From Chitinophagaceae bacterium (GTDB lineage: Bacteria > Bacteroidota > Bacteroidia > Chitinophagales > Chitinophagaceae): DNA of 36,682 nt. The translations under genes were made by a program, and so were the position numbers. The notes under the pieces were generated by a model. That model saw only the letters and a list, made by a program, of their open reading frames with translations. It did not search any database and was not told the origin of the DNA. This document shows, piece after piece, positions 27,037-36,625 of this stretch. Position 1 is the stretch's first letter, and each line of letters begins with the position of its first letter. The stretch is from contig DATGSF010000164.1 of the NCBI GenBank assembly GCA_035302865.1, forward strand, positions 1 through 36,682, read 5' to 3'.

Positions 27037-27333
27037 ATGAATGTACAAATTCAAACTGTTCGCTTTGAAGCAAATAAAAAATTAAGAGATCATGTGCAAA
27101 AACGTATAGAAAAATTAAAATTATTTCATGATAAAATAATTGATGTGGAGGTTTACTTAAAGGAAGAAAATCGACCAGATAAAAATAAAGTTGCAGAAAT
27201 CCGATTATCTATACCGGGATCTTCATTATTTGCAAAGCATGAATCTGCTAAGATGGAAGAATCTATTGATAAAGCATATGATTCTATGGTAGCACAAATT
27301 AAAAAATCTAAAGGTAAGGAGCGTGTAGCTTAA
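27037..27333 (+). CDS. hpf: ribosome hibernation factor, HPF/RaiA family (short form)
   Basis: 98 aa. The MNVQIQTVRFEANKKLRDHVQKRIEKL... pattern is typical of the S30AE/HPF family. Confidence 0.8.
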   Translation: MNVQIQTVRFEANKKLRDHVQKRIEKLKLFHDKIIDVEVYLKEENRPDKNKVAEIRLSIPGSSLFAKHESAKMEESIDKAYDSMVAQIKKSKGKERVA

Positions 27334-27352
27334 AATTGAAATTTAAATTTTA

Positions 27353-27390
27353 TTAAGTCCGTCTTTTAAAAGGCGGACTTAATATTTTAT
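27353..27390 (+). terminator. intrinsic terminator after hpf
   Basis: ttaagtccg / cggacttaa form a 9-bp stem (extendable to 11 bp), followed by tattttat. Confidence 0.7.
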
Positions 27391-27446
27391 AAGATATTTT
27401 TAAATAAAAGTTTTATATTTTCGCTATTTACTAATATAATTATTTT

Positions 27447-28157
27447 ATGGCAAAAACAGTATTGTTCTTAATTCCTATTTCAATTTGGGAACCTGAAAAA
27501 AATGCTTGGATTACGACTGATATTAAAGAAGCCATTGTGAATTCAAAAGGTTTTTTTGTAGAAAATGCCCGAACAGCGAGAAGAGCTATAAAAAAAATAG
27601 AGCCAAATTTAAATATTTCAGAAAAAATATTTATTGAATTTAATAAACATGAAGGCTGGCCAGAAAAGGAAATAAAACTTAATTTGTCTAAAGAAGGTAA
27701 CTGGGGTTTAATTAGCGAAGCTGGTTGTCCTGCGGTTGCAGATCCGGGTGAGTATATCGTCCGTTGGGCACATCAATTGAATGTAAAAGTAAAAGCTCTA
27801 ATTGGTCCTAATTCTATCTTATTAGCTCTTATGGCCAGCGGTTTAAATGGACAAAATTTTCAATTTTCTGCTTATTTACCTATTGATAAAAAAGAATTGA
27901 ATATATCCTTGAAAAACTTGGAAAAAGAATCGCAAAAACAAAATAAAACGCAGATTTTTATAGAGACTCCATACAGAAGTCAAGATATGTTAAAAACCTT
28001 AATAAATGTCCTACAAAATTCTACGCTTTTATGTATTGCAAGTGGAATTAATGGGCCCAATGAGCAGATTTTAACTAAATCAATAAGTGAATGGAAAAAA
28101 AATAAGCTGGATATACAGAAAGTTCCAACAGTTTTTTTATTTTTAGCTCAATCTTAA
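27447..28157 (+). CDS. SAM-dependent methyltransferase, tetrapyrrole-methylase fold (RsmI-like)
   Basis: ISEAGCPAVADPG matches the RsmI-type SDAGxPxISDPG block. 236 aa. Confidence 0.72.
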   Translation: MAKTVLFLIPISIWEPEKNAWITTDIKEAIVNSKGFFVENARTARRAIKKIEPNLNISEKIFIEFNKHEGWPEKEIKLNLSKEGNWGLISEAGCPAVADPGEYIVRWAHQLNVKVKALIGPNSILLALMASGLNGQNFQFSAYLPIDKKELNISLKNLEKESQKQNKTQIFIETPYRSQDMLKTLINVLQNSTLLCIASGINGPNEQILTKSISEWKKNKLDIQKVPTVFLFLAQS

Positions 28158-28168
28158 TATTTTAACTT

Positions 28169-28651
28169 ATGAAACAGTTTTATACTATTGTTGCCTTATT
28201 GTTTATGGGCTTATTTTTAGGGTCTTGCGAAAAAAAGGATGTTTTAAATGAGCCACCTGCTTTAATGTTATTTCCAATATATAATGATGCAAGAATTTCA
28301 AGTACTGAATTAAATCAAGCAAAAATGCATTATGAACAAAACGGCTTGAGAGTCGTTAGGGATTTAAAATTTGCGCCAAATGCAAATAGGCAAAAAGGAG
28401 CATTAATTTCATCCGATGTTGCTACATTAAGTGCTGTTGAAGGTATCAAGGAGTTTGTTTTGAAAATTCCAGGATATGAAGATGTTAAACTTGAAATTGA
28501 TTACGAACGATTGACAACAAAGGAAGCAAAAGAAGATGCCTGCTATTGTAATAAACCTCAGAGATCAGTTAAATATAAAGGGGGAAACTTAAATGTTGAA
28601 AGTAAGACGTCAAAAGGAGAAAATGTTTATTACGTATATATGAGTAAATAG
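28169..28651 (+). CDS. hypothetical lipoprotein
   Basis: Signal peptide plus lipobox (LFLGSC). 160 aa. It starts 11 nt after the methyltransferase stop. Confidence 0.5.
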   Translation: MKQFYTIVALLFMGLFLGSCEKKDVLNEPPALMLFPIYNDARISSTELNQAKMHYEQNGLRVVRDLKFAPNANRQKGALISSDVATLSAVEGIKEFVLKIPGYEDVKLEIDYERLTTKEAKEDACYCNKPQRSVKYKGGNLNVESKTSKGENVYYVYMSK

Positions 28652-28672
28652 CAAATTAAACATATTGTTTTG

Positions 28673-28709
28673 ATTATAGTGAGTGAAGGATGAATACACT
28701 CACTATAAT
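28673..28709. terminator. strong hairpin between convergent genes (terminator, mainly for the plus-strand unit)
   Basis: attatagtgagtg / cactcactataat form a 13-bp stem with an 11-nt loop, followed by tttt on the plus strand. Confidence 0.65.
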
Positions 28710-28710
28710 T

Positions 28711-29763
28711 TTATGGATTAAATTCAAGAGAAATGTCATCATTAATAGGATGACCAACACAAGTTAAACAAATACCTCGCTCTATATCACTTGGCATTAA
28801 AACCTCATTATATGACATCCACACTTCACCTGACTTTATTTGAGCTACACAAGATCCACATTGACCAGATTCACAACTGAAAGGCAATTGAATACCGTAA
28901 TCATGTGCTGCTTGCATAATTGATTTAGGATAAGGTATTTCAAATTGGTGCATTTCTCCATTCAGTAGAATTTTAGCTTTATAGGTGTTTTTATCAGGCG
29001 GTAATTCTTTATTTGTTTCAATAAGGTCGGGATTATAAAATATTTCTTTTCGAATTTGTTCCCTTTTAAAGCCTTCTGTAAGTAATGAAATAGAAACAGT
29101 ATCCATATATATTATTGGTCCGCAAATAAAGAAGTGAAAATGTTTTTTATCCTTATTCTTCGTCCAATCTTTAATAAAATCTATAATTACAAAATTATTT
29201 AATCTGGATTTTAAAATATTTTCCGCATTAGAAAACATCCATTCAACATAGAAATTAGAGTATTCTTTTTCTAAGGAAATAATTTCATCCAAAAAAATGG
29301 TAGATTCTTTAGTGTTATTACTGTATATTAATCGTATTTTTTGCGTATATTGAATTTTTGGAAGAGTGTTTTTAATAATTGAAATACAAGGTGTTATGCC
29401 ACTACCAGCTGCAAAAAATATTAATTCTTTTTCCTTATTTTCTAAAGCCTTTTCAGGCAGCGTAAACAATCCTTTTATTTGTGAATAGGGTAACTTGTCT
29501 CCTTCCTTAATATGATCAAATAAAAAACGAGAAAGAATACCGTTGTCAATACGCTTAACTGTAATTTTGGCTATTTCAGTTTCAGGACAAGAGGCAAAAG
29601 AATAAGAACGCCTGATTTCTTTTGCCTGTGGGTGTATAATTGATATAAACTGTCCAGGAATATATTTTAAAGGATTGTTTTTATCATTACTTTCAATGAG
29701 GAAAGATTTGGTATTATAAGTTTCTTGAATTATTTTCTTTACAATAACAAAATTGCTTTGCAT
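28711..29763 (-). CDS. FAD/NAD(P)-binding oxidoreductase with a C-terminal plant-type 2Fe-2S ferredoxin domain (PaaE/phthalate-dioxygenase-reductase-like)
   Basis: RSYSFAS (RxYS flavin motif), AAGSGITP (NAD(P) motif) and CESGQCGSCVAQ...CLTC (2Fe-2S cysteines). Confidence 0.8.
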   Translation of the reverse strand: MQSNFVIVKKIIQETYNTKSFLIESNDKNNPLKYIPGQFISIIHPQAKEIRRSYSFASCPETEIAKITVKRIDNGILSRFLFDHIKEGDKLPYSQIKGLFTLPEKALENKEKELIFFAAGSGITPCISIIKNTLPKIQYTQKIRLIYSNNTKESTIFLDEIISLEKEYSNFYVEWMFSNAENILKSRLNNFVIIDFIKDWTKNKDKKHFHFFICGPIIYMDTVSISLLTEGFKREQIRKEIFYNPDLIETNKELPPDKNTYKAKILLNGEMHQFEIPYPKSIMQAAHDYGIQLPFSCESGQCGSCVAQIKSGEVWMSYNEVLMPSDIERGICLTCVGHPINDDISLEFNP

Positions 29764-29765
29764 AT

Positions 29766-31115
29766 TTAAAATTTATCTGTGTTTCCGATAAAATTAAAAG
29801 GACTAATCTCTAAAAGTTCATTTTTAATTTCCTCTTTAATATCTAAATTCAGGATAAAATCGTGAATAAGCTCCTTTGTTATTTTATTTCCAGAGCGTGT
29901 CAGATCTTTTAGTGCTTCATAAGGCTTAGGAAATTGTTCTCTTCTTAATATTGTCTGTATTGCTTCAGCCACTATTGTCCAGTTATCATTTAAGACTTTC
30001 TCGATTTTTTCTTTATTTATATCAATGCGATTTAATCCTCTTACTATAGAATTTAATGCTATTAGACTATGGCCTAATGGCACACCTAAATTTCTTAAAA
30101 CAGTAGAATCACTCAAGTCTCTCTGCAATCTACTAATAGGAAGCTTTTCTGAAAAATGTGCCCAAATTGCATTAGCAATTCCGATGTTTCCTTCTGCATT
30201 TTCAAAATCAATAGGATTTACTTTGTGTGGCATGGCGCTAGATCCTACTTCATCTTTAATAATAAGTTGTTTAAAGTAGCCTTGTGATATGTATGTCCAC
30301 ATATCTCGGACGAAGTCTAAAAGAATTGTATTAATTCTTGATAAGTTTTGGAATTGAGCACTTAGAAAATCATAATTTTCTATTTGAGTGGTAAATTTTT
30401 GACGTTCAAGACCTAGATGATTTTTTAGAAAATTCTTACTAAAGGTATCCCAATCTTTGTTTGGAAATGCAATGTAATGTGCATTTAATCCACCAGTAGC
30501 ACCTCCGAATTTTCCTGTATGAGGTAATTGTTGAAAAGCTTCCCATTGCTTTTCTAATCTATAAGCAAAGACTTTTATTTCTTTTCCTAATGTGCTAGGC
30601 GTTGCAGCTTGCCCATGCGTTCTTGTTAAAAATGGAGTGCTTTTCCATTCAGTCGCTTTTTGGTTTAAAGCAGTTAATACGGAAGTAAATAAAGGTTCAT
30701 AAATCTCATTAATTGCTTCTTTCCAATAAAGAGGAATAGCTGTATTATTTATATCTTGAGACGTCAAAGCAAAGTGAATCCATTCTGAATTTTCCTCTAA
30801 ATCAGATCCTTTTATATTGTTTTTAATAAAATATTCAATTGCTTTTACATCATGATTAGTAGTAGACTCTATTTTTTTTATTTCTAATGCATCTTCCTCT
30901 GTAAAGTTTAAATAGAGTTCTCTTAATTTATATAAGCTTTCGGTATTTTTAACTTTAAAAATACCAAATTCATAAAGAGCAATAAAATATTCAACTTCTA
31001 CCCTAAGTCGATATTTCATTAAACCAAATTCAGAGCAGTAGTTTCCCAAGTCCTGAATTCTTTTTTGGTAGCGCCCATCTAAAGGGCTAATAGCTTTTAA
31101 ATTGTTTTTTGCCAT
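29766..31115 (-). CDS. purB: adenylosuccinate lyase
   Basis: AISPLDGRY at the N-terminus and the fumarate-lyase signature GSSAMPHKVNP. The start is set to the ATG at 31115 (MAKNNLKAISPLDGRY), because the track start at 31130 is a TTG adding 5 residues. Confidence 0.92.
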   Translation of the reverse strand: MAKNNLKAISPLDGRYQKRIQDLGNYCSEFGLMKYRLRVEVEYFIALYEFGIFKVKNTESLYKLRELYLNFTEEDALEIKKIESTTNHDVKAIEYFIKNNIKGSDLEENSEWIHFALTSQDINNTAIPLYWKEAINEIYEPLFTSVLTALNQKATEWKSTPFLTRTHGQAATPSTLGKEIKVFAYRLEKQWEAFQQLPHTGKFGGATGGLNAHYIAFPNKDWDTFSKNFLKNHLGLERQKFTTQIENYDFLSAQFQNLSRINTILLDFVRDMWTYISQGYFKQLIIKDEVGSSAMPHKVNPIDFENAEGNIGIANAIWAHFSEKLPISRLQRDLSDSTVLRNLGVPLGHSLIALNSIVRGLNRIDINKEKIEKVLNDNWTIVAEAIQTILRREQFPKPYEALKDLTRSGNKITKELIHDFILNLDIKEEIKNELLEISPFNFIGNTDKF

Positions 31116-31219
31116 AGGACAAAAATACAAATCTTTTACGTACTATAACTTATCCCGAATAGTATTAATTTATTTTTCATGATTTTCACTTTCAATTTAT
31201 TTTTAAATATCATTCTTTA

Positions 31220-33679
31220 CTATTTTAAAGATTCATATTTTTCTCGTTCTTTCTTATTAGCCCATGTTAATTTTAAATTTCCTTCCTCATCTTCTTTTAT
31301 TCTAAGATGTAATACTAAACCTTTGTTATTCTTTGGTTTTAATCCTTTTTTAATTCTCATTTTGTTTTTTTCTGGATTCTTTAATGGAATATCCAAAAAT
31401 AAATCAGTTCCATTTTGTAAACCATAGATTCCTTTTAAAGAAAATTGTAAAGCAGAGGTATATATTGTAAATGGTGGTATATAAATCTTACCTTCTTTAA
31501 TTTTTACTTTGTTTTGTATTTTTTCAAAAGTAACCTGATCTAATTGCCTGTTTTTAAATACATAATTAGAAAGATTAACTAAAGGTTCAAAATTGTTTAA
31601 TTCCCCATGGTTTATTTGAAATTTTACTTCTCCATTTACAGAATTTTCTATTAAACTTATTTCTTCACTAAATATCAAATCTGCATTAATCTCTGCATCC
31701 AAAGATCCTTTTATATTTTCTGATTTTAAATCCTTAATATTGAAATTGTTAAATGCATGGAAAAGTGTATTAATATTAACTGAACTGATTTTTGAATTTA
31801 ATTTTATAGGAATAAGATCTTGCTTTTTAATGTCCATATAGGCATCAAATTTTATTTGTCCTCCTGCATGCTTTAAATTAAAATCATCAAATGAAATTGC
31901 ATTTTCTTTAAAACTTGCAAGACCCCTTATTTCATGCGCTTTAAAATTATTATACTTGACTTTTTGTATATTTAGTTTTGCTAAGAAGGTGCTTTTATCC
32001 AATGCGGAAAGCAGTTTTTCATTAAATTTTCTGCTTTTTTCTTTTTCAATAAGATTCTTTTTTGATTTGATTTTAGTTTTAGGTTTTATAATAAACTTAA
32101 ATTCATTTAAATCAATTTCTTTACTATATACTTCAGTTTCTATATTTATACGACTGGGATCATCAAAATATGCATTTAAAAAACGCTTCCCTTCGCCAGT
32201 AATTTTAATTTCTGATTTTTTACTTTTTAGTAGTATGTTTTTTAATTCTAAATCTTCATCGTTAAATGCAATGTCGATGTCAGCTTGTGGAAAATGTAAA
32301 CCATTTGGAATATAAGTTAAGCCAGCGTCTTTTACCTTAAGAAAACCATGTAAGGAGCGACTGAAAGTATCTTCTGGAATTATAGGTCCTGAATATTTTA
32401 AATCGAATGTTGCACTTCCTGCATTGAAATTGATGGCTTTGCCAGTTAATTTATTTAGCTGATCAACGGGGAAGTTACTAAATATTCTTGTGGAAAGATG
32501 AGGATGATTTAAGCCATAGATAAAAGTAGTATCTGCTTTAAATGGCACGTCTTCAAAAGAGCCTTCAATTTTTTCAAAGAATATTGATGTATTATCATCA
32601 TTCTTTCCTAAATTTTTATTTGTTTGATTTATTAATGTAGCATTAATGTTTGCCCTTGTTAAATCACCATATGGCGTAATTAAAGTATTGTTTTCTAATT
32701 CAATATTTATATGGACATTTGGCGTGTCAGGATAGGCAAAGCCTCCTTTTAAAAAAGCATCAAATGTAATTGGGTTTTCTATATCTATTTCTTCAAATTT
32801 CTTGTGAATATTATAAGGTAAAAGATGCATTCCTTTTTTAAAATTTAAATTCTTACTGTGCAAGTAAAAGTCATATTTTGCAGGTTTATCAATATAAAAC
32901 TTTAATGTCGACGTAATTTTTTCATTGCCTATTTGAATTAACTGCTCTAAAAGCTCAATTTTATTTTCATCTTTAAAGTATGTTGCTTTAAAATTGGATT
33001 TTAACTCCTGTTCTTCTAAGTATACTCCTTTGTCAAGATTGAAGCCTAATTGATGTACAAATGCATCCAATTGTATGTAGTATTCCGGATTGTCCTCAAA
33101 ACTATTTCCTTTTCCCTTTAATTTATTTATAATAAAATGAAAATTCTTATTACGTAAAGTATTATCAAAGTTAAATTCTAGATTTTCAATTGAAATAAAC
33201 TTAATATTAATTTCCGAGTTTTTGTTTTGGTTTTTTTTCTTTTTATTTTGAAAAGCTGTTATGTTACTATATTTTTCCTTGTTTTTAAAAAGATTTATTT
33301 TTCCATTACTGATAATGATTCGATTTATTTTTGTTTGGGATTTTATAAGAGCAAATGCATCTAGTTGAATATAGATATTTTTCAGATATAACGCTTCTAC
33401 ATTATGTACATGGTACAAAGAATCTTGTAGATGAATGTTTTTTAGTTTTAAAGAAAATTTTGGAAAAGTTTTTAAAAGATTGGGTTCAACATCTCCCAAA
33501 ATAAGGTTGCCTGAAACTTCTTCTTTGAGAATGTTTGTAACTTTCTCTTTGATACTTTCTTTGTTATAGTTAAAATACAAATGCAAAGCAGACCAAATTA
33601 ATAAAGGCATGCTCAAAAAAACACCTAAGCATATAAGAATTAATTTAATCCATTTCTTTTGAAACTTTGTATATTTCAT
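31220..33679 (-). CDS. AsmA-family outer-membrane biogenesis protein
   Basis: 819 aa with an N-terminal membrane anchor (LILICLGVFLSMPLLIWSAL). The body is long, beta-rich and repetitive, with a basic C-terminal region, as in AsmA-like proteins. The assignment rests on overall architecture only. Confidence 0.6.
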   Translation of the reverse strand: MKYTKFQKKWIKLILICLGVFLSMPLLIWSALHLYFNYNKESIKEKVTNILKEEVSGNLILGDVEPNLLKTFPKFSLKLKNIHLQDSLYHVHNVEALYLKNIYIQLDAFALIKSQTKINRIIISNGKINLFKNKEKYSNITAFQNKKKKNQNKNSEINIKFISIENLEFNFDNTLRNKNFHFIINKLKGKGNSFEDNPEYYIQLDAFVHQLGFNLDKGVYLEEQELKSNFKATYFKDENKIELLEQLIQIGNEKITSTLKFYIDKPAKYDFYLHSKNLNFKKGMHLLPYNIHKKFEEIDIENPITFDAFLKGGFAYPDTPNVHINIELENNTLITPYGDLTRANINATLINQTNKNLGKNDDNTSIFFEKIEGSFEDVPFKADTTFIYGLNHPHLSTRIFSNFPVDQLNKLTGKAINFNAGSATFDLKYSGPIIPEDTFSRSLHGFLKVKDAGLTYIPNGLHFPQADIDIAFNDEDLELKNILLKSKKSEIKITGEGKRFLNAYFDDPSRINIETEVYSKEIDLNEFKFIIKPKTKIKSKKNLIEKEKSRKFNEKLLSALDKSTFLAKLNIQKVKYNNFKAHEIRGLASFKENAISFDDFNLKHAGGQIKFDAYMDIKKQDLIPIKLNSKISSVNINTLFHAFNNFNIKDLKSENIKGSLDAEINADLIFSEEISLIENSVNGEVKFQINHGELNNFEPLVNLSNYVFKNRQLDQVTFEKIQNKVKIKEGKIYIPPFTIYTSALQFSLKGIYGLQNGTDLFLDIPLKNPEKNKMRIKKGLKPKNNKGLVLHLRIKEDEEGNLKLTWANKKEREKYESLK

Positions 33680-33795
33680 AATTTTATTCTCAAATCTTTT
33701 AGCAAGATAAGTAATTGATACTAATTTTTATATGATTGCTTTTGATTATTTTTAATATTGTCTTTCATAAAAGAAGCAGATACTATGAATAATTG

Positions 33796-33803
33796 TATCT
33801 TTG
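33796..33803 (+). promoter_or_regulatory. -7 box TATCTTTG for aroC
   Basis: Exact TAnnTTTG match, 22 nt upstream of the ATG at 33826 and inside the track's TTG-extended ORF. Confidence 0.55.
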
Positions 33804-33825
33804 TATTTGTAAAATTACTCTTAGA

Positions 33826-34851
33826 ATGCATACATTTGGTCAATTATTGAAATTACATATTTATGGAAGTTCTCATGGGCCAGAGGTGGGGGTATTATTG
33901 GATGGAGTACCCGCAGGAATAGCTATTAATGATTTGGATTTTGAGCATGCATTGGAAAAAAGAAAGCCTAATTTAAAAGGCACTACACCGCGAAAGGAAT
34001 CTGACAGAATATTAATTAGAAGTGGGGTGTTCGAAGGATATACAACAGGTGTGCCTATTTTATTAAGTTTTTATAATGAAAATCAAAGATCTGAAGATTA
34101 TGAAAATCAAAGATCGATTCCAAGACCAAGTCATGTGGATTTTGTAGCACATGAAAAATACAAAGGTTATGAAGATTATAGAGGAGGTGGAGCATTTAGT
34201 GCACGATTAACTGTTGGTATTGTTGCAGCTGGTGTAGTTGCAAAGAAAATTATTGCCAATTATCTGCGATGGGAAAAGTACGAAATCAGATCAGAGATAT
34301 TACAAGTTGGTAAAGAAGCTGAAGTAGATATGGGTATGGCAAAAGCCATAGAAGCTAAGGATTCTGTTGGTGGATTGATTAAAATACAAGCAAATGGCAT
34401 ACCTATAGGAGTAGGAGAACCTTATTTTTATGGATTAGACGCTGCTATTGCACAAGCAGTATTTAGCATTCCTGCTGTAAAGGGATTAGAATTTGGAAAA
34501 GGTTTTGCATCATTAAACATGTTTGGTTCTGAACATAATGATGCAATAATAAATAATAAAGGAGAAACTAAAACAAATCATGCTGGTGGAGTGGTGGGTG
34601 GTTTAAGTAATGGTAATCCATTAGAATTTCAAGTGGTTTTTAAACCTACATCGTCTACACCTCAAATACAGAGAAGTTATAATTGGAAATCAAAGGAGAT
34701 AGAGGAATTCTCTATTAAAGGAAGGCACGATTTATGTGTTTCCTTGAGGGCTCCTATAATTTTAGAATCAATAACTAACTGGGTTTTAGCTGATTTGGGA
34801 ATCTTATATAAAAAAATACCGTATGAAGCATCGAAAAATTATAATTTATAG
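33826..34851 (+). CDS. aroC: chorismate synthase
   Basis: YGSSHGP, RPSHVDF, GGGAFSARLT and GRHDLCV blocks. The start is moved to the ATG at 33826 (MHTFGQLLKLHIYGSSHG). Confidence 0.92.
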   Translation: MHTFGQLLKLHIYGSSHGPEVGVLLDGVPAGIAINDLDFEHALEKRKPNLKGTTPRKESDRILIRSGVFEGYTTGVPILLSFYNENQRSEDYENQRSIPRPSHVDFVAHEKYKGYEDYRGGGAFSARLTVGIVAAGVVAKKIIANYLRWEKYEIRSEILQVGKEAEVDMGMAKAIEAKDSVGGLIKIQANGIPIGVGEPYFYGLDAAIAQAVFSIPAVKGLEFGKGFASLNMFGSEHNDAIINNKGETKTNHAGGVVGGLSNGNPLEFQVVFKPTSSTPQIQRSYNWKSKEIEEFSIKGRHDLCVSLRAPIILESITNWVLADLGILYKKIPYEASKNYNL

Positions 34852-35335
34852 TCAACTTTTTTTGCTTTTTTTATTTGTTTTTACATCTTGTGGAGTTTAT
34901 AGCTTAAGTGGAGCAAGTATTCAAGGAAAGACTATTAATGTGCCTGGTTTTGAAAATAAGGCAGCTAATGTTGTACCCACTTTGGCTACAAATTTAGGAA
35001 ATAAAATTCGTGATAAAATCTTATCTCAATCTGGTTTGACGGCTGTTAATAATTCCGATGTGGATTATGTTTTAAAAGGAACTATTATTAATTATAATGT
35101 TAGTATATCAGGTGTTTCGAGTAATACTTCTGCCTCTCAGAATAGATTAACGATAACAGTTGAAATCGAATTTATTAATAACTTAAATGAAAAAGAGAAT
35201 TTTAAAACGAATTTTAGCCGTTACGCTGATTTTCCTGCCTCTCAGAACCTTCAAAGTGTAGAAAATCGCTTAATAGAAACTATAGGTGAAGAATTGGCAG
35301 ACGATATATTTAATCGTGCTTTTGTTAATTGGTAG
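34823..35335 (+). CDS. LptE-like lipoprotein (LPS-assembly lipoprotein family), tentative
   Basis: Signal peptide plus lipobox (VFTSC), then GVYSLSGASI... 170 aa. The size and pattern resemble Bacteroidota LptE-family proteins. It overlaps the aroC 3' end by 29 nt. Confidence 0.5.
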   Translation: MKHRKIIIYSQLFLLFLFVFTSCGVYSLSGASIQGKTINVPGFENKAANVVPTLATNLGNKIRDKILSQSGLTAVNNSDVDYVLKGTIINYNVSISGVSSNTSASQNRLTITVEIEFINNLNEKENFKTNFSRYADFPASQNLQSVENRLIETIGEELADDIFNRAFVNW

Positions 35336-35385
35336 ATTTTGCTATCTTTAAAGGAATTGTATCATAACTATAATTTTATATTTTT

Positions 35386-36210
35386 GTGGAAATAGATAGA
35401 TTACATAAATTAATTTTTGCTTCTTTTGAGGAAAGAAAAGAATCTCAGAAAGAAATAAACTCTCTTAGAAAAAAATACCCTTATTTTCAGATAACTGCAT
35501 TTCTAGAAGCATTATTGGATGATGATCCCTTTGAAAAATGGTATTTCTTAAAAGAATTAGAATTAGCAAACCCAGTTTTATATGCTATGGAAATAGAGAG
35601 GATGCATAAAAAGCAAGAAAAAGAGATGGAACAAGAAGAGGAAGTGAAATTGGAAGTAGGAGAAGAAAAGAAAGAGAATGAGAAGCAAGAAATCTATACT
35701 AATCAAAAAACAGAAATATTAGATTATGCCTATTTAAATAAAGGACAAGATTATTTTCATGAAGAAACTAAGGGTATGGATTCGGATCTTAGTGCTTTGG
35801 CTGCAGACTTCAAGCAAAACAAAGAAGATTTGCCAGTAAAAGAAGATCAATCCTTACTCCGGATTATGACATTTGCAGAATGGTTAGAGTATTTAAAGCA
35901 ATTACATATTAAAAAAACAGAGGAAGAAGAAAGTAAGAGAGCTTTAAAAGCAATGTGGCAAAGAGAAAAATTAGCAAAAGCTATGGAAGCTGAAGAGGAA
36001 GAAATTCCTGATGAGGTTTTTAATATGGCTATTAAATCAATACATTTAGAAGAAGAGATTATTAGCGAATCTATGGCTCAGGTATATGAAAAACAAGAGA
36101 ATTGGGAAAAAGCTATAGAAATATATAAGAAATTAAGTTTGCGAAATCCTGAAAAAAGTAGTTATTTTGCCGAACAGATTAAGAAATTAGAAAAATATTT
36201 ATTTATATGA
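35386..36210 (+). CDS. hypothetical E/K-rich protein with a TPR-like C-terminal helix pair
   Basis: 274-aa ORF with a GTG start. The next in-frame Met is residue 68. Its stop overlaps the secG start (ATGA). Confidence 0.5.
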   Translation: MEIDRLHKLIFASFEERKESQKEINSLRKKYPYFQITAFLEALLDDDPFEKWYFLKELELANPVLYAMEIERMHKKQEKEMEQEEEVKLEVGEEKKENEKQEIYTNQKTEILDYAYLNKGQDYFHEETKGMDSDLSALAADFKQNKEDLPVKEDQSLLRIMTFAEWLEYLKQLHIKKTEEEESKRALKAMWQREKLAKAMEAEEEEIPDEVFNMAIKSIHLEEEIISESMAQVYEKQENWEKAIEIYKKLSLRNPEKSSYFAEQIKKLEKYLFI

Positions 36211-36560
36211 CAAGTTTAATCATTATTGCGATAATAGTATTATGTATATTATTAGGCTTTTTTATCCTCGTGCAACAACCTAAAGGTGGTGGTTTGTCTG
36301 GAGCTTTTGGTAGCATGGGTGCTCAAGTTATGGGCGTTCAAAAATCTGGAGATGCAATGGAGAAAGGTACATGGTATACTATGGCACTAATTGCTATTTT
36401 AAGTATCGCATCTGTATTTACATTGAATTTGGATCGTTCCGCTAGAGGAACTGCTCCTGCTTTACAACAAGAGCAACAGCAATCTGCACCGGCAGCGACA
36501 GAAGAAGCACCATTGCAAAGTGTTCCTGCAGATGCTACACCAATGGAACCAGCGGAGTAA
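36207..36560 (+). CDS. secG: preprotein translocase subunit SecG
   Basis: TM1 followed by LVQQPKGGGLSGAFG (SecG signature) and a second TM helix. The C-terminal tail is Q/A/P/E-rich. Confidence 0.85.
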   Translation: MTSLIIIAIIVLCILLGFFILVQQPKGGGLSGAFGSMGAQVMGVQKSGDAMEKGTWYTMALIAILSIASVFTLNLDRSARGTAPALQQEQQQSAPAATEEAPLQSVPADATPMEPAE

Positions 36561-36585
36561 TGAAATCGAATTTATTAAAATTGAA

Positions 36586-36625
36586 AGCTGAAAGCATATT
36601 TAAATATTTGCTCTCGGCTTTTTTA
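36586..36625 (+). terminator. probable intrinsic terminator after secG
   Basis: agctgaaagca / tgctctcggct form an imperfect 11-bp stem (one G-U pair, one mismatch), followed by tttttt. Confidence 0.5.

Noticed and set aside
31179-32315. Plus-strand ORFs of 82 aa and 119 aa overlapping the AsmA-family gene
   Set aside because: They are antisense shadow ORFs with F/L/S-rich low-complexity sequence. The long minus-strand frame is uninterrupted for 819 codons.
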